A DNA stretch of 64,000 nucleotides from an uncultured Alphaproteobacteria bacterium (GTDB lineage: Bacteria; Pseudomonadota; Alphaproteobacteria; HIMB59; GCA-002718135), in NCBI GenBank assembly GCA_902620425.1, contig CACNHX010000001.1:226311-290310 (forward strand), written 5' to 3'. The notes beneath the pieces were generated by a model. It saw nothing but the letters and a program-made list of their open reading frames with translations, ran no database searches and was not told where the DNA came from. Below, piece by piece: positions 53,992-64,000 of this stretch. Position 1 is the stretch's first letter, and every line of letters begins with the position of its first letter. Position numbers and translations under genes: made by a program.

Positions 53992-54868
53992 AAATCAATA
54001 TCGCTTGTTGAATATACATTCTATTTTTTGCTTGTTGTAATACAACAGAATTTTTACCATCAAGAACATCTGAAGTTACTTCCTTCCCTCTTTTTGCTGG
54101 TAAACAATGCATAAATATTGCATTATTTGATGCATTACTCATAATATTCTTATTCACAGTAAAATTTTTAAAATGTTTAGTTTTATTATTTGTTTCACCC
54201 ATTGAAACCCAAACATCAGTCATTATGCAATTTGATTTTTTTACACCTTCAAAAGGATCATCAAAGTATTTCATATTTTTATTCTTACATTTTACAAATT
54301 CATTTTCATAATTTTTAAAAATTTTTTTGGGTATAATAACATTAAGTTTAAAATTATAAATATTTTGCAATTGAATAAGTGAACGCAAAACATTATTATA
54401 ATCACCTATCCAAGCAATACTTACATTTTTATAGTTTTTAAACTTCTCTTGAAGTGTTAAAAAATCTCCAAGTATTTGACATGGATGACTATATTCAGTT
54501 AGGCCATTTATTATTGGAAGAATATTTTCTTTGCTTAAATTTACTATTTGTTTGTGATTATTATTTCTTATCATCAAACAATCAATATATTGACTTAATA
54601 CATTAAGAACATCTTCTGCTTTTTCTCTTTTATTATCAAAACCAATATCTTTACTTTGCATTTCTAAAACAAAGCCCCCTAATTTTTGCATTCCTACATT
54701 GAAGCTTAATCTTGTTCTCAGTGACTGCTTTTCAAAAATTAATCCGAGAGTTTTATTTTTACAAGATGAAGAGTATTTTTTTGGATTTTTTTTTATTTTT
54801 TTTGCAAGTGAAATTATTTCATCAATTTCTGTTTTTTTAAAATTATTAATATCAATTAAATGTTTCAT
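53975..54868 (-). CDS. argF: ornithine carbamoyltransferase
   Basis: SLRTRLSF carbamoyl-phosphate motif, TDVWVSMGE and HCLPA. Confidence 0.9.
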   Translation of the reverse strand: MKHLIDINNFKKTEIDEIISLAKKIKKNPKKYSSSCKNKTLGLIFEKQSLRTRLSFNVGMQKLGGFVLEMQSKDIGFDNKREKAEDVLNVLSQYIDCLMIRNNNHKQIVNLSKENILPIINGLTEYSHPCQILGDFLTLQEKFKNYKNVSIAWIGDYNNVLRSLIQLQNIYNFKLNVIIPKKIFKNYENEFVKCKNKNMKYFDDPFEGVKKSNCIMTDVWVSMGETNNKTKHFKNFTVNKNIMSNASNNAIFMHCLPAKRGKEVTSDVLDGKNSVVLQQAKNRMYIQQAILIYVLKK

Positions 54869-56043
54869 TTAGATAATTCTTTAATACTTTTTTTAATTAT
54901 TGAAATTGATTTATCAATCTCTTTATAAGATACAATAAGTGGTGGAGCTAATCTTACTGTATTATCTGCAGCAGGTACATTTAGTAATTTATTTTTTTTA
55001 AGTTGTTCAGAAAAATCTATATTGCTAATTTTTGTTTTGATACCCAATAAAAGCCCTGCACCTCTAACCTCTAAAATAATCTTAGATGTATTCTCTAATT
55101 CTTTTAAATTTTTCCAAAAATATCTAGCGGTTTTATCAATCTTTGAAAGAAATGTTTTATTAGAGATAACTTTTAAAACTTCTAAACCTACACTCATAGC
55201 TAACGGATTACCACCATAGGTTGATCCATGACTACCCTTAGTCATTGCAACACATGCTTTGTTTGTTGACATACAAGCTCCAAGTGGAAAACCCGATCCT
55301 ATACCTTTTGCAACAGACATGATATCAGGTTTTATTTTTGCCCACTCATAAGAGAATAATTTACCAGATCTTCCAAATCCACATTGAACTTCATCAAAAA
55401 AAAGTAAAATTTTGTTTTCATTACAGATGTCTCTTAATAGTTTTAAAAAACTTAGATTAGCAGGACGAATACCTCCTTCTCCTTGAATTGGTTCAATAAT
55501 AATACCGGCTGTTTTTTTATTTACTGCAGATATTAATTTTTTTTTATTATTAAATTCAATTTGTTTAAAACCTCTAAGCATAGGGCCAAAGCCATTAGAG
55601 TATTTTTTATTTTTTTGTGCTGAGAGTGCGCCGTAAGTTCTTCCATGAAAGGCACCATCAAAAGTAATAATCTCTGTTTTTTTTGTCTTGTGATATGAAT
55701 GATATGCTCTGATTATTTTAATTCCACATTCAATAGACTCAGTTCCAGAATTAGTAAAAAACACTTTGTCTGCAAAAGAATTTTTACAAAGTAATTTTGC
55801 AAATTGTTCTTGTTTTTTTATTTTATATAAGTTTGAAACGTGCCAGAGTTGTTTCGATTGCTTATTCAGTGCAACTATTAGTTTTGGATGACAATGACCA
55901 AGAGAGTTTACAGCTATGCCACTTGCAAAATCTAAATATTTTTTGTTTTGACTAGTGTATAAATAACATCCTTTTCCTTTTACAAATTCAAGAGTTTTAT
56001 TGCCATAAGTTGGCATAACATTTGATAAAGGTTTGTTAACCAT
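54865..56043 (-). CDS. argD: acetylornithine aminotransferase
   Basis: Class-III aminotransferase: FTNSGTESIE, DEVQCGFGRSGK and SVAKGIGSGFP (PLP lysine). Confidence 0.9.
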   Translation of the reverse strand: MVNKPLSNVMPTYGNKTLEFVKGKGCYLYTSQNKKYLDFASGIAVNSLGHCHPKLIVALNKQSKQLWHVSNLYKIKKQEQFAKLLCKNSFADKVFFTNSGTESIECGIKIIRAYHSYHKTKKTEIITFDGAFHGRTYGALSAQKNKKYSNGFGPMLRGFKQIEFNNKKKLISAVNKKTAGIIIEPIQGEGGIRPANLSFLKLLRDICNENKILLFFDEVQCGFGRSGKLFSYEWAKIKPDIMSVAKGIGSGFPLGACMSTNKACVAMTKGSHGSTYGGNPLAMSVGLEVLKVISNKTFLSKIDKTARYFWKNLKELENTSKIILEVRGAGLLLGIKTKISNIDFSEQLKKNKLLNVPAADNTVRLAPPLIVSYKEIDKSISIIKKSIKELSK

Positions 56044-56045
56044 AT

Positions 56046-56816
56046 TTAAAATTTAATTTTATATCCTTTAAGAAACATAAAATAGCATATTAAAATTAAT
56101 ATAATATTAATAATTATTAAGAATATTGAGCCATGAATTAACGAGCTATCAGAAATACCCGTAAAAGCATATCTGAAGCCATCAATATTGTAAAAGAATG
56201 GATTAAATGAAGAAACTGTCTGCCAAAAATCAGGAAGTCTTGAAATTGAATAGAATGTTCCTGATAAAAAAGTAAGAGGTAAAACAATAAAGTTAGTTAT
56301 ACCTTGTTGTTGATCCCATTTGTCCGCCCAAATGCCAACAATTGTACCCAAAGTTCCCATCATTGTGCATCCCATTAATGTGAAAAATAATATTGCCGTA
56401 TAAGAATGAACCTGAAGAGGTACAAATATCATAACTCCTAAAGTTGTTACTATACCACACACAACACCCCTGCAAACTGAGCCTATTATAAATCCGAATG
56501 CTAATTCAACATTGTTTAATGGGGCCATTAATATGTCTACAATATTACCTTGAAATTTTGATTGACCGATACTTGATGCGGAATTGGCAAAAGAGTTTTG
56601 AAGCATCGTCATCATTATCAAACCAGGTGCAATAAAATAAGGAAGCTCAATACCATTTATTGAATTAACAGATCTACCAAGAGCTAGACTAAAAACAGCT
56701 AGAAATAATAAAGAGCTAATGGCTGGTCCAATCACAGTTTGTATTCCAACTTTTAAGAACCTAAAGACTTCTTTTTTTACTAATGTAAGAAAACAAAGAT
56801 AATTATAGTAAATCAT
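56046..56816 (-). CDS. ABC-2 type transporter permease (YadH-like)
   Basis: 256 aa with six TM helices and ABC-2 family topology. No ATPase gene is adjacent. Confidence 0.75.
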   Translation of the reverse strand: MIYYNYLCFLTLVKKEVFRFLKVGIQTVIGPAISSLLFLAVFSLALGRSVNSINGIELPYFIAPGLIMMTMLQNSFANSASSIGQSKFQGNIVDILMAPLNNVELAFGFIIGSVCRGVVCGIVTTLGVMIFVPLQVHSYTAILFFTLMGCTMMGTLGTIVGIWADKWDQQQGITNFIVLPLTFLSGTFYSISRLPDFWQTVSSFNPFFYNIDGFRYAFTGISDSSLIHGSIFLIIINIILILICYFMFLKGYKIKF

Positions 56817-56849
56817 ATTAGAAGTTTTCTTTTAATATATTTAAATTAT

Positions 56850-57335
56850 TTGTATATTAATTTAGTGGACGAAAAAAAACTCTTAAAATACGCAGTTGAT
56901 TACTTAAGTAAATACGATTCCTCAAAGAATAATTTAGTCAATGTACTTAAAAGAAAAATTTTAAGATTAAATGTAACAAATTTTGAGAAAAAAAAACTCA
57001 TAGATATTATTGAAAGTATAATTTTAAAATTAGAAAAAAATAAATTTATTGATGACGATAGATATAGTTCTACAAAAATTCTATCTTTATCAAATTCTGG
57101 AAAATCTAAAAATTTTATTTTCAATTACTTGATAAAAAAAGGAGTAAATAAATCTCAAATTCAAAATAATTTAAACTTAATGAAACAAGATAATGAAAAT
57201 TGGGAGTTAGAATCAGCAAGAATATTTGCTAAGAAAAAGAAGTTGTTAGAAAAAAATGAAAGCTATGAAAAAAAATTAGCAAAAATGGCAAGAGCTGGAT
57301 TTAGTTATGATATATGTAAAAAAATATTAAGTTAA
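56850..57335 (+). CDS. recX: RecX-like regulatory protein
   Basis: About 160 aa, helical-repeat protein with AVDYLSKYDSSKNNLVNVLKRK and a RecX-like repeat pattern. The start is uncertain (TTG at 56850 or GTG at 56865). Confidence 0.65.
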   Translation: MYINLVDEKKLLKYAVDYLSKYDSSKNNLVNVLKRKILRLNVTNFEKKKLIDIIESIILKLEKNKFIDDDRYSSTKILSLSNSGKSKNFIFNYLIKKGVNKSQIQNNLNLMKQDNENWELESARIFAKKKKLLEKNESYEKKLAKMARAGFSYDICKKILS

Positions 57336-58336
57336 TTTTCTTTAATATGAATCTTACCTTCTAATAATCTTGCAATTTGTTTGGTTGTTTCAAATCTTTC
57401 AAATGTAATTCTGATAATTGCAGTTAAAGGTGCTGCAAGAAGAACTCCAATAAACCCCCAAATCATTCCCCAGAAAATTAAGGATAAAATAATCGTAATT
57501 GGATGTAATCCAAAACTCTCACCAAATATTTTAGGTTCTACAAAATTTCCTACTATTTGATGAATAATCGTAGGCAAAATTATTATTAATACAACTAGTG
57601 TTGGGTCGTTATATTGAAGGAAAGCAATTGGTAGTGGAAGTAAAACAGCAATTACAGAACCAATAACTGGAATAAAATTTAAAATAAATGTTAAGCTGCC
57701 AAAAATGAAGGCTAATTCTAAACCTAAAAACCAATAAATTAATCCTGCGGCAATACCTGTAAAAGCTGATGTTAAAAATTTTGTAAATATATATTTTTTT
57801 ACTAATCTAATAATGTCGTTCCACTCATCAGAGGTATTCTTAGGAGGAGTGCCAAGTAATAAAAAAAGTGTGATTATTACAACTAGGAGAAACTTTGAAA
57901 TAAAATTCGCACTGTTACTTAATATAGTACCAGCCCAATTAGTAATGGGTAACTCTGCAATTGTATTTCTAATTGTTTCTCTATCAATATCAATTTCAAA
58001 TTGTTGAAGTTGTATTATGACTGCCTCAATCAAAATTATTACTTTTTGATTATAGTCATCTGCAGACTCCAAGAATGTAGCTACAGAAGAAACAATAAAA
58101 GGAACTATAATTGAGAATAAAAGAACAATTAAACAAATACTAATAAAAACTGCTATAAATCTATGTACTCGAAGATTTATAGTCTGAAAATCAATTATTG
58201 GATCAATTAATATCCTTAAAAGAAGTGCTAAAACAAATGGAACCATTATAGGTTGAGAGAAATTTAAAATGAATGCAACAGCGATACTGGCCAATATAAA
58301 AAGAGAGCCAGAAATTACGCGATTATTTTCATTCAT
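57332..58336 (-). CDS. AI-2E (PerM/YhhT) family transporter
   Basis: 334 aa, polytopic, with C-terminal IFWGMIWGFIGVLLAAPLTA typical of the family. Confidence 0.85.
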   Translation of the reverse strand: MNENNRVISGSLFILASIAVAFILNFSQPIMVPFVLALLLRILIDPIIDFQTINLRVHRFIAVFISICLIVLLFSIIVPFIVSSVATFLESADDYNQKVIILIEAVIIQLQQFEIDIDRETIRNTIAELPITNWAGTILSNSANFISKFLLVVIITLFLLLGTPPKNTSDEWNDIIRLVKKYIFTKFLTSAFTGIAAGLIYWFLGLELAFIFGSLTFILNFIPVIGSVIAVLLPLPIAFLQYNDPTLVVLIIILPTIIHQIVGNFVEPKIFGESFGLHPITIILSLIFWGMIWGFIGVLLAAPLTAIIRITFERFETTKQIARLLEGKIHIKEN

Positions 58337-59472
58337 TATTTCTTAGTAGATTGAGGGTTAAAAATTTCTGTTTTTTCATCTGATAATTTTTCAACATAAA
58401 GTGATTGACTCGGAAAAGCAAAACCAGCTTCATTATTTTCAACTATTTCTATTATTTTGACAGCAAGGTTTTCTTTTATTTTTAAAAATTCTGCCCATTC
58501 ATTCGTAACAGTAAATGTTTGTACTAGCATATCGATAGAACTATCAGAAAAACTATCTATTCTAACGTAGAAACTTGCATTTTGATTTTTTGCAAAGTTA
58601 TCATCTTTTTCAATTAAATTATTTATCTCGTCTCTGATATTTTTTAATTGATCAATACTAGTTCTATATTCTAATCCAATTAGCCATCTTATACGTCTAT
58701 GATGTCTTCTTGTGTAATTAGTTACAGACTGCTCTGCAAATTTATAATTTGGAACCATTACTGGAGTTGAATCAAATCTTCTAACAAGGGTTGATCTAAA
58801 TCCAATTTGTTCAACAACTCCCTCTACTTCACCTGAAACTAATATAATATCACCAACAGTAAACCTCTTTTCCATAAGTATCATGATGCCACTAATTAAA
58901 TTTTTAAATAAATCTTGAGCACCCAGTGCAACTGCTACACCAAATAAACCTAATCCTGCAATTACTGGTCCCACTCTTATTCCCCACAATTCTAAAATTG
59001 CTACTGCTCCAAGAACAATAACAAGAATTTTTAAACCTTTAAGAGTCCAATCAACTAAAGGTTTTGAAATTTTTGACTCAAAGTTTTTTATTACAAATGA
59101 AAACGGTATAATCAATTGATGCAGTAGCCAGAATATAAAAATTGTAATTAATGATCTGTTTAGTAAATCTAAAAAATCTTGGTTGTTATCAGAAACATCT
59201 AAATATGAAGAAGCTATAAAAAAACCTAAAACGACAGGGAGAAATTTTAATGGCCCATCAAGTACTTCAATAACAGCGTCATCAATTTGATTGGAAGTTT
59301 TTGAAACAATTCTTGATAATCGATTAAGAATAAATCTAGCTATAAGCCTTCTGAGTAAATAAAAAAGAAGGAAAATTACAAGGCTTACTATGATATCTGT
59401 AGCATTTATGCCAAAAACACCGTTATTCCAAACATCAAAAAAAAGGTCTGTAAAGCTATTGAATGTTTCCAT
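58336..59472 (-). CDS. MscS-family mechanosensitive ion channel
   Basis: TM3-like GLFGVAVALGAQDLFKNLISGIMIL followed by a beta domain (FTVGDIILVSGEVEGVVEQIGFRST). Confidence 0.85.
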   Translation of the reverse strand: METFNSFTDLFFDVWNNGVFGINATDIIVSLVIFLLFYLLRRLIARFILNRLSRIVSKTSNQIDDAVIEVLDGPLKFLPVVLGFFIASSYLDVSDNNQDFLDLLNRSLITIFIFWLLHQLIIPFSFVIKNFESKISKPLVDWTLKGLKILVIVLGAVAILELWGIRVGPVIAGLGLFGVAVALGAQDLFKNLISGIMILMEKRFTVGDIILVSGEVEGVVEQIGFRSTLVRRFDSTPVMVPNYKFAEQSVTNYTRRHHRRIRWLIGLEYRTSIDQLKNIRDEINNLIEKDDNFAKNQNASFYVRIDSFSDSSIDMLVQTFTVTNEWAEFLKIKENLAVKIIEIVENNEAGFAFPSQSLYVEKLSDEKTEIFNPQSTKK

Positions 59473-59498
59473 AAGCGATATATTTATTACTCACTAAC

Positions 59499-60035
59499 AT
59501 GAAATTTAAATTTTTACTTGTTTTTTTGATTATGCTTAACTTAAAGAATACATTATTAGCTAATGAGACAGTGAATTTATACGATTTTTCATTTGAAGAT
59601 ATAGACGGTAATCAAGTAAATTTAGAAAAGTTTGATGGTAAGCCAATTTTAATAGTGAACACAGCTTCTAGGTGTGGTTTCACTCCTCAGTATGCTGACC
59701 TCCAAAATTTATTTTTGAACTATAAAAATAGCGATTTAACAATAATAGCTACAACAAGTAATTCCTTCAATCAAGAGTACTTAGACACCGAGGATATTAA
59801 ACAAATTTGTTTAGTTAATTATGGGGTAGGTTTTGTTACTTCAGCACCAATGGATGTTAAAGGAAGTAATGCACATCCAATTTACGCATGGATTAACAAA
59901 GAATATAACGAAAAACCAAAGTGGAATTTTTACAAATATCTTTTTGATAGAAATGGTCAGCTCGTTCAAACGTGGTCTTCTATGACAAAACCTGACAGTT
60001 CAAAAATTACTAATCAGATTGACCGTTTAATCTAA
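59499..60035 (+). CDS. glutathione peroxidase family protein with signal peptide
   Basis: LIVNTASRCGFTPQY active-site motif and WNFYKYLFDRNG. Confidence 0.88.
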   Translation: MKFKFLLVFLIMLNLKNTLLANETVNLYDFSFEDIDGNQVNLEKFDGKPILIVNTASRCGFTPQYADLQNLFLNYKNSDLTIIATTSNSFNQEYLDTEDIKQICLVNYGVGFVTSAPMDVKGSNAHPIYAWINKEYNEKPKWNFYKYLFDRNGQLVQTWSSMTKPDSSKITNQIDRLI

Positions 60036-60068
60036 AAAAAAAGGGCAAATAAATTTGCCCCTTTCTTT
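60034..60068. terminator. bidirectional rho-independent terminator between gpx and groEL
   Basis: A9 (60034-60042), then GGGCAAA-taaa-TTTGCCC (60043-60060), then cTTTCTTT. On the minus strand the hairpin is followed by T9. Confidence 0.8.
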
Positions 60069-60084
60069 AAAATTTATTTTTTAA

Positions 60085-61770
<1,686 letters not shown>

Positions 61771-61773
61771 TTA

Positions 61774-62079
61774 CTATTTCTTTTTTTTACCTGAAGTTAT
61801 AATTCCCATGATGTCAGACTCTTTCATTATTAAAAAATCATCACCATTCATTTTTACCTCAGTACCAGACCATTTTCCAAAAAGTATTTTATCTCCTTTT
61901 TTGACATCCAAAGGTACTAGCTTTCCTGTTTCATCTCTTGCTCCAGAACCAACTTCTAATACTTCACCTTCCATTGGTTTTTCTTGGGCAGTATCAGGGA
62001 TAATTATTCCCCCTGCTGTTTTTTGATCAGAGTCTACCCTTTTGACTAAGACTCTATCATGTAAAGGTCTAAAATTCAT
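61774..62079 (-). CDS. groES: co-chaperonin GroES
   Basis: [14 protein letters not shown] start and about 100 aa, 21 nt upstream of groEL. Confidence 0.97.
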   Translation of the reverse strand: MNFRPLHDRVLVKRVDSDQKTAGGIIIPDTAQEKPMEGEVLEVGSGARDETGKLVPLDVKKGDKILFGKWSGTEVKMNGDDFLIMKESDIMGIITSGKKKK

Positions 62080-62121
62080 ATTTCCTCTTTTGTTAACTAA
62101 TTGAAATTAAATAATTTTTTA

Positions 62122-62148
62122 TTAGCACTCTCATTATGAGAGTGCTAG
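62122..62148 (-). promoter_or_regulatory. CIRCE operator (HrcA binding site) upstream of groES
   Basis: TTAGCACTC-tcattatga-GAGTGCTAG is a perfect 9-bp inverted repeat with a 9-nt spacer. It matches the consensus TTAGCACTC-N9-GAGTGCTAA at 17 of 18 positions and lies 43 nt upstream of the groES ATG. Confidence 0.9.
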
Positions 62149-62149
62149 T

Positions 62150-62178
62150 TATTTAAGCATTATTAAAGTCTATTCAAG
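62150..62178 (-). promoter_or_regulatory. candidate groESL promoter just upstream of CIRCE
   Basis: The minus strand reads CTTGAAT-N16-TAAATA, which is sigma-70-like. The same stretch also reads CTTG-N17-CTTAAAT, close to the alphaproteobacterial sigma-32 pattern CTTG-N17-CYTATNT. CIRCE begins a few nt downstream of the -10 element. Confidence 0.4.
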
Positions 62179-62231
62179 AAGAAAACAAAAAAAAATTCGA
62201 ATTAGCCAAAGTTATGATATTTTGAAAAAAA

Positions 62232-63254
62232 ATGATATTTTTCAGTGTTTTTTTTAGAACTCTTGGTTTTTTGAGCGCATTATTAATTTTTATAATAATT
62301 ATTAGTTTGTTACTTAATTTTTCGAATGAACTAGAAAAAAAACAGTTTGTAATGACTGAAGGTATAGCTAGTTCAAATAACATTATAGCTAATATTAATT
62401 TAAATGGGCCAATTTTTAATAATAACAGCAATGTATTAGGAAATAATCTTTACGATTACATCAATCCCTCGCAAGTAAAATCTTATTTAGAAGAATTAAA
62501 AGAACTAGAAATCAAGGCTCTAATTATAAACATTAATTCTCCAGGTGGAACAGTAAGTGCTACCGCTGAGTTGGAACAAATTATTTATGAATTTAAGAAA
62601 AACACAGATACTAAAATATATTTTTATACAAAGGAAATTTTAGCATCTGGGGGATATTGGGTTGCAACCACAGCTGATAAGATATTCGCGTCGTATGGAT
62701 CTATTATTGGTAGTATAGGAGTCAGTGGGCCAAGTTGGTTTTACTTTAATACACCGACAAGTCTATCTTCAGGAATTTTTGGTCAGACAATTGAAACTAA
62801 AGAAGGAATAGAAGTTTTTAACCAGAATGCCGGAGAAGGAAAAGATTTGTTTAATCCATTTAGACGACCAAGAAGCGATGAAATTAAACACTTACAAAGT
62901 ATTGTTGATGATGTTTATAATAATTTTATAACAAAAGTTTCAAAAAGTCGTAAAATTGAAATTTCAAATTTAAAAAATAATATTGGAGCTTTGATCTATA
63001 GTAGTGATCAGGCAAAAAATAATTTTTTGATTGACGATATCTTAAACTACGAAACACTTATCGAATTAATAATTAAGGAAAATAAATTTGAAGATTACAA
63101 AATTTATAAAAATAAAGTAAACAATTCAATTATATCAAATTTATTAGTTAAGTACGAAGATCAAACTAATAATAAATATTCACTTGAAAACATTTGCAGA
63201 AATTTAGAAACTAATATTAGTGTTGTAATTCCAGTTTTTTTAAAAAATTGTTAG
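62232..63254 (+). CDS. sppA: signal peptide peptidase SppA (36K type)
   Basis: N-terminal TM helix and ClpP/crotonase-fold motifs INSPGGTV and ASGGYWVA. Confidence 0.8.
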   Translation: MIFFSVFFRTLGFLSALLIFIIIISLLLNFSNELEKKQFVMTEGIASSNNIIANINLNGPIFNNNSNVLGNNLYDYINPSQVKSYLEELKELEIKALIININSPGGTVSATAELEQIIYEFKKNTDTKIYFYTKEILASGGYWVATTADKIFASYGSIIGSIGVSGPSWFYFNTPTSLSSGIFGQTIETKEGIEVFNQNAGEGKDLFNPFRRPRSDEIKHLQSIVDDVYNNFITKVSKSRKIEISNLKNNIGALIYSSDQAKNNFLIDDILNYETLIELIIKENKFEDYKIYKNKVNNSIISNLLVKYEDQTNNKYSLENICRNLETNISVVIPVFLKNC

Positions 63255-63255
63255 G

Positions 63256-64000
63256 TTATATTATATTATCTAGCTCCTGAATTTTAACAATTAGATTTTT
63301 ATAGTAGTTGCTTTGTAACAAAACATTTTTGTGAATATATTTTTTAGCTAAATTAGAATGATTTTCAACATTAACTGTATCAGAAACAATTTTATTATGC
63401 TTAAGATTATTGATTAGAGATAAATTTAAATATCTGTCTTCAAGAATTTTCTCGTTATCTTTAAAAGATGGTGTAATCTCAAAAATTTCAGTTCCAGGTT
63501 TGCAAAAAATTATATTAGCTAAATTAGATCCATGTGGTGCAATAATCTTTTCAGCATTTGAAAAAATCTCTATTTGCTCATCTATTTCATATAATTGAGG
63601 ATTAATAACTTTATACCCCTTCTTTCTCAAAATAGTGACGACATCACCTTCATTTAAAATTTTTCTATAATTAGAGTCTTGTCTAGTTACATATATTTTT
63701 TTACTTAATTCTATACCAGTCTTCGGATTTATAAATTTTTTTAAAATATCAATTGAATCATTTGTACTCAAAAACTGAGGAAATTCAGAGTTTAAAAAAT
63801 GATAAAAATCATCGTCTAGAAACACAAATGTAAATTCAATATTTAGAGATTTTAAAATACTTCCAATAAAGTTTCTATATTTGTTTGATGAGTTTCTGTG
63901 AATTGCTAGCTTTAGATTTGTCTTTTTATTAAAAAAAATCCTTGGAAGAAATTGTAGTAAATTTGAATAATAATTATTACCCGCATTTGATCCAAGAACA
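63256..64000 (-). CDS. glycosyltransferase family 61 / DUF563-like protein (partial; N-terminus outside the window)
   Basis: The track ORF (63256-63825) starts at an internal GTG. The same frame stays open to the window edge (VLGSNAGNNYYSNLLQFLPRIFFNKK...). The C-terminal IYVTRQDSNYRKILNE...IIAPHGSNLANIIFCKPGTEIFEI resembles DUF563/GT61. Confidence 0.6.
   Translation of the reverse strand, partial: VLGSNAGNNYYSNLLQFLPRIFFNKKTNLKLAIHRNSSNKYRNFIGSILKSLNIEFTFVFLDDDFYHFLNSEFPQFLSTNDSIDILKKFINPKTGIELSKKIYVTRQDSNYRKILNEGDVVTILRKKGYKVINPQLYEIDEQIEIFSNAEKIIAPHGSNLANIIFCKPGTEIFEITPSFKDNEKILEDRYLNLSLINNLKHNKIVSDTVNVENHSNLAKKYIHKNVLLQSNYYKNLIVKIQELDNII

Noticed and set aside
62174-62431. An 85-aa minus-strand ORF across the groES/sppA divergent spacer.
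   Set aside because: It overlaps the sppA N-terminus antisense and runs into the groESL promoter region. It has a low-complexity hydrophobic translation and no ribosome-binding-site context.

Overview
This window is a visibly AT-rich (GC not computed), very gene-dense alphaproteobacterial chromosome segment. Its gene content and order fit a streamlined SAR11/Pelagibacterales-type genome. All identifications below come from reading the translated ORFs for motifs and synteny by eye; no searches were run.

I support about 70 protein-coding genes. Two are partial genes at the window edges that the ORF track misses or truncates: pdxH at 1-403 and a GT61/DUF563 gene at 63256-64000. I found no rRNA, tRNA, CRISPR array, IS element, integrase or obvious defence system.

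Main blocks:
- 1-5.5 kb: housekeeping genes (pdxH, fabI, aroC, tlyA, xseB, rluD, rpoH).
- 5.4-20.4 kb: a 17-gene co-directional minus-strand array, purA-hisZ-glmM-ftsH-tilS-cpoB-pal-tolBARQ-(Hjc-like)-yebC-ymdB-5FCL-zapA.
- 20.5-26.3 kb: tkt-gap-(unknown)-efp-suhB-rpmE and nearby genes.
- 26.3-31.5 kb: a photolyase / FAD-oxidoreductase / DUF1365 / CFA-synthase / membrane-protein cluster.
- 32.7-50.5 kb: a one-carbon and methylamine oxidation supercluster (metF-like, fhs, soxBDAG, ETF-QO, etfAB, dimethylglycine dehydrogenase, a GcvT/DmdA-like paralog).
- 50.6-64 kb: apaG, trkH, argFD, recX, transporters, gpx, groESL with a perfect CIRCE operator, and sppA.

I do not see a clear, completely novel multi-gene system. 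The candidates most worth follow-up are:
- a 97-aa archaeal-Hjc-like PD-(D/E)XK protein sitting exactly where ruvCAB-ybgC normally lie between yebC and tolQ;
- the photolyase-linked lipid-modification cluster, a possible furan-fatty-acid or singlet-oxygen module;
- an uncharacterised GcvT/DmdA-family demethylase preceded by the longest unexplained spacer in the window;
- the near-total absence of terminator space at convergent gene junctions (8 of 10 overlap, abut or sit 1 nt apart, three through a shared TTAA).
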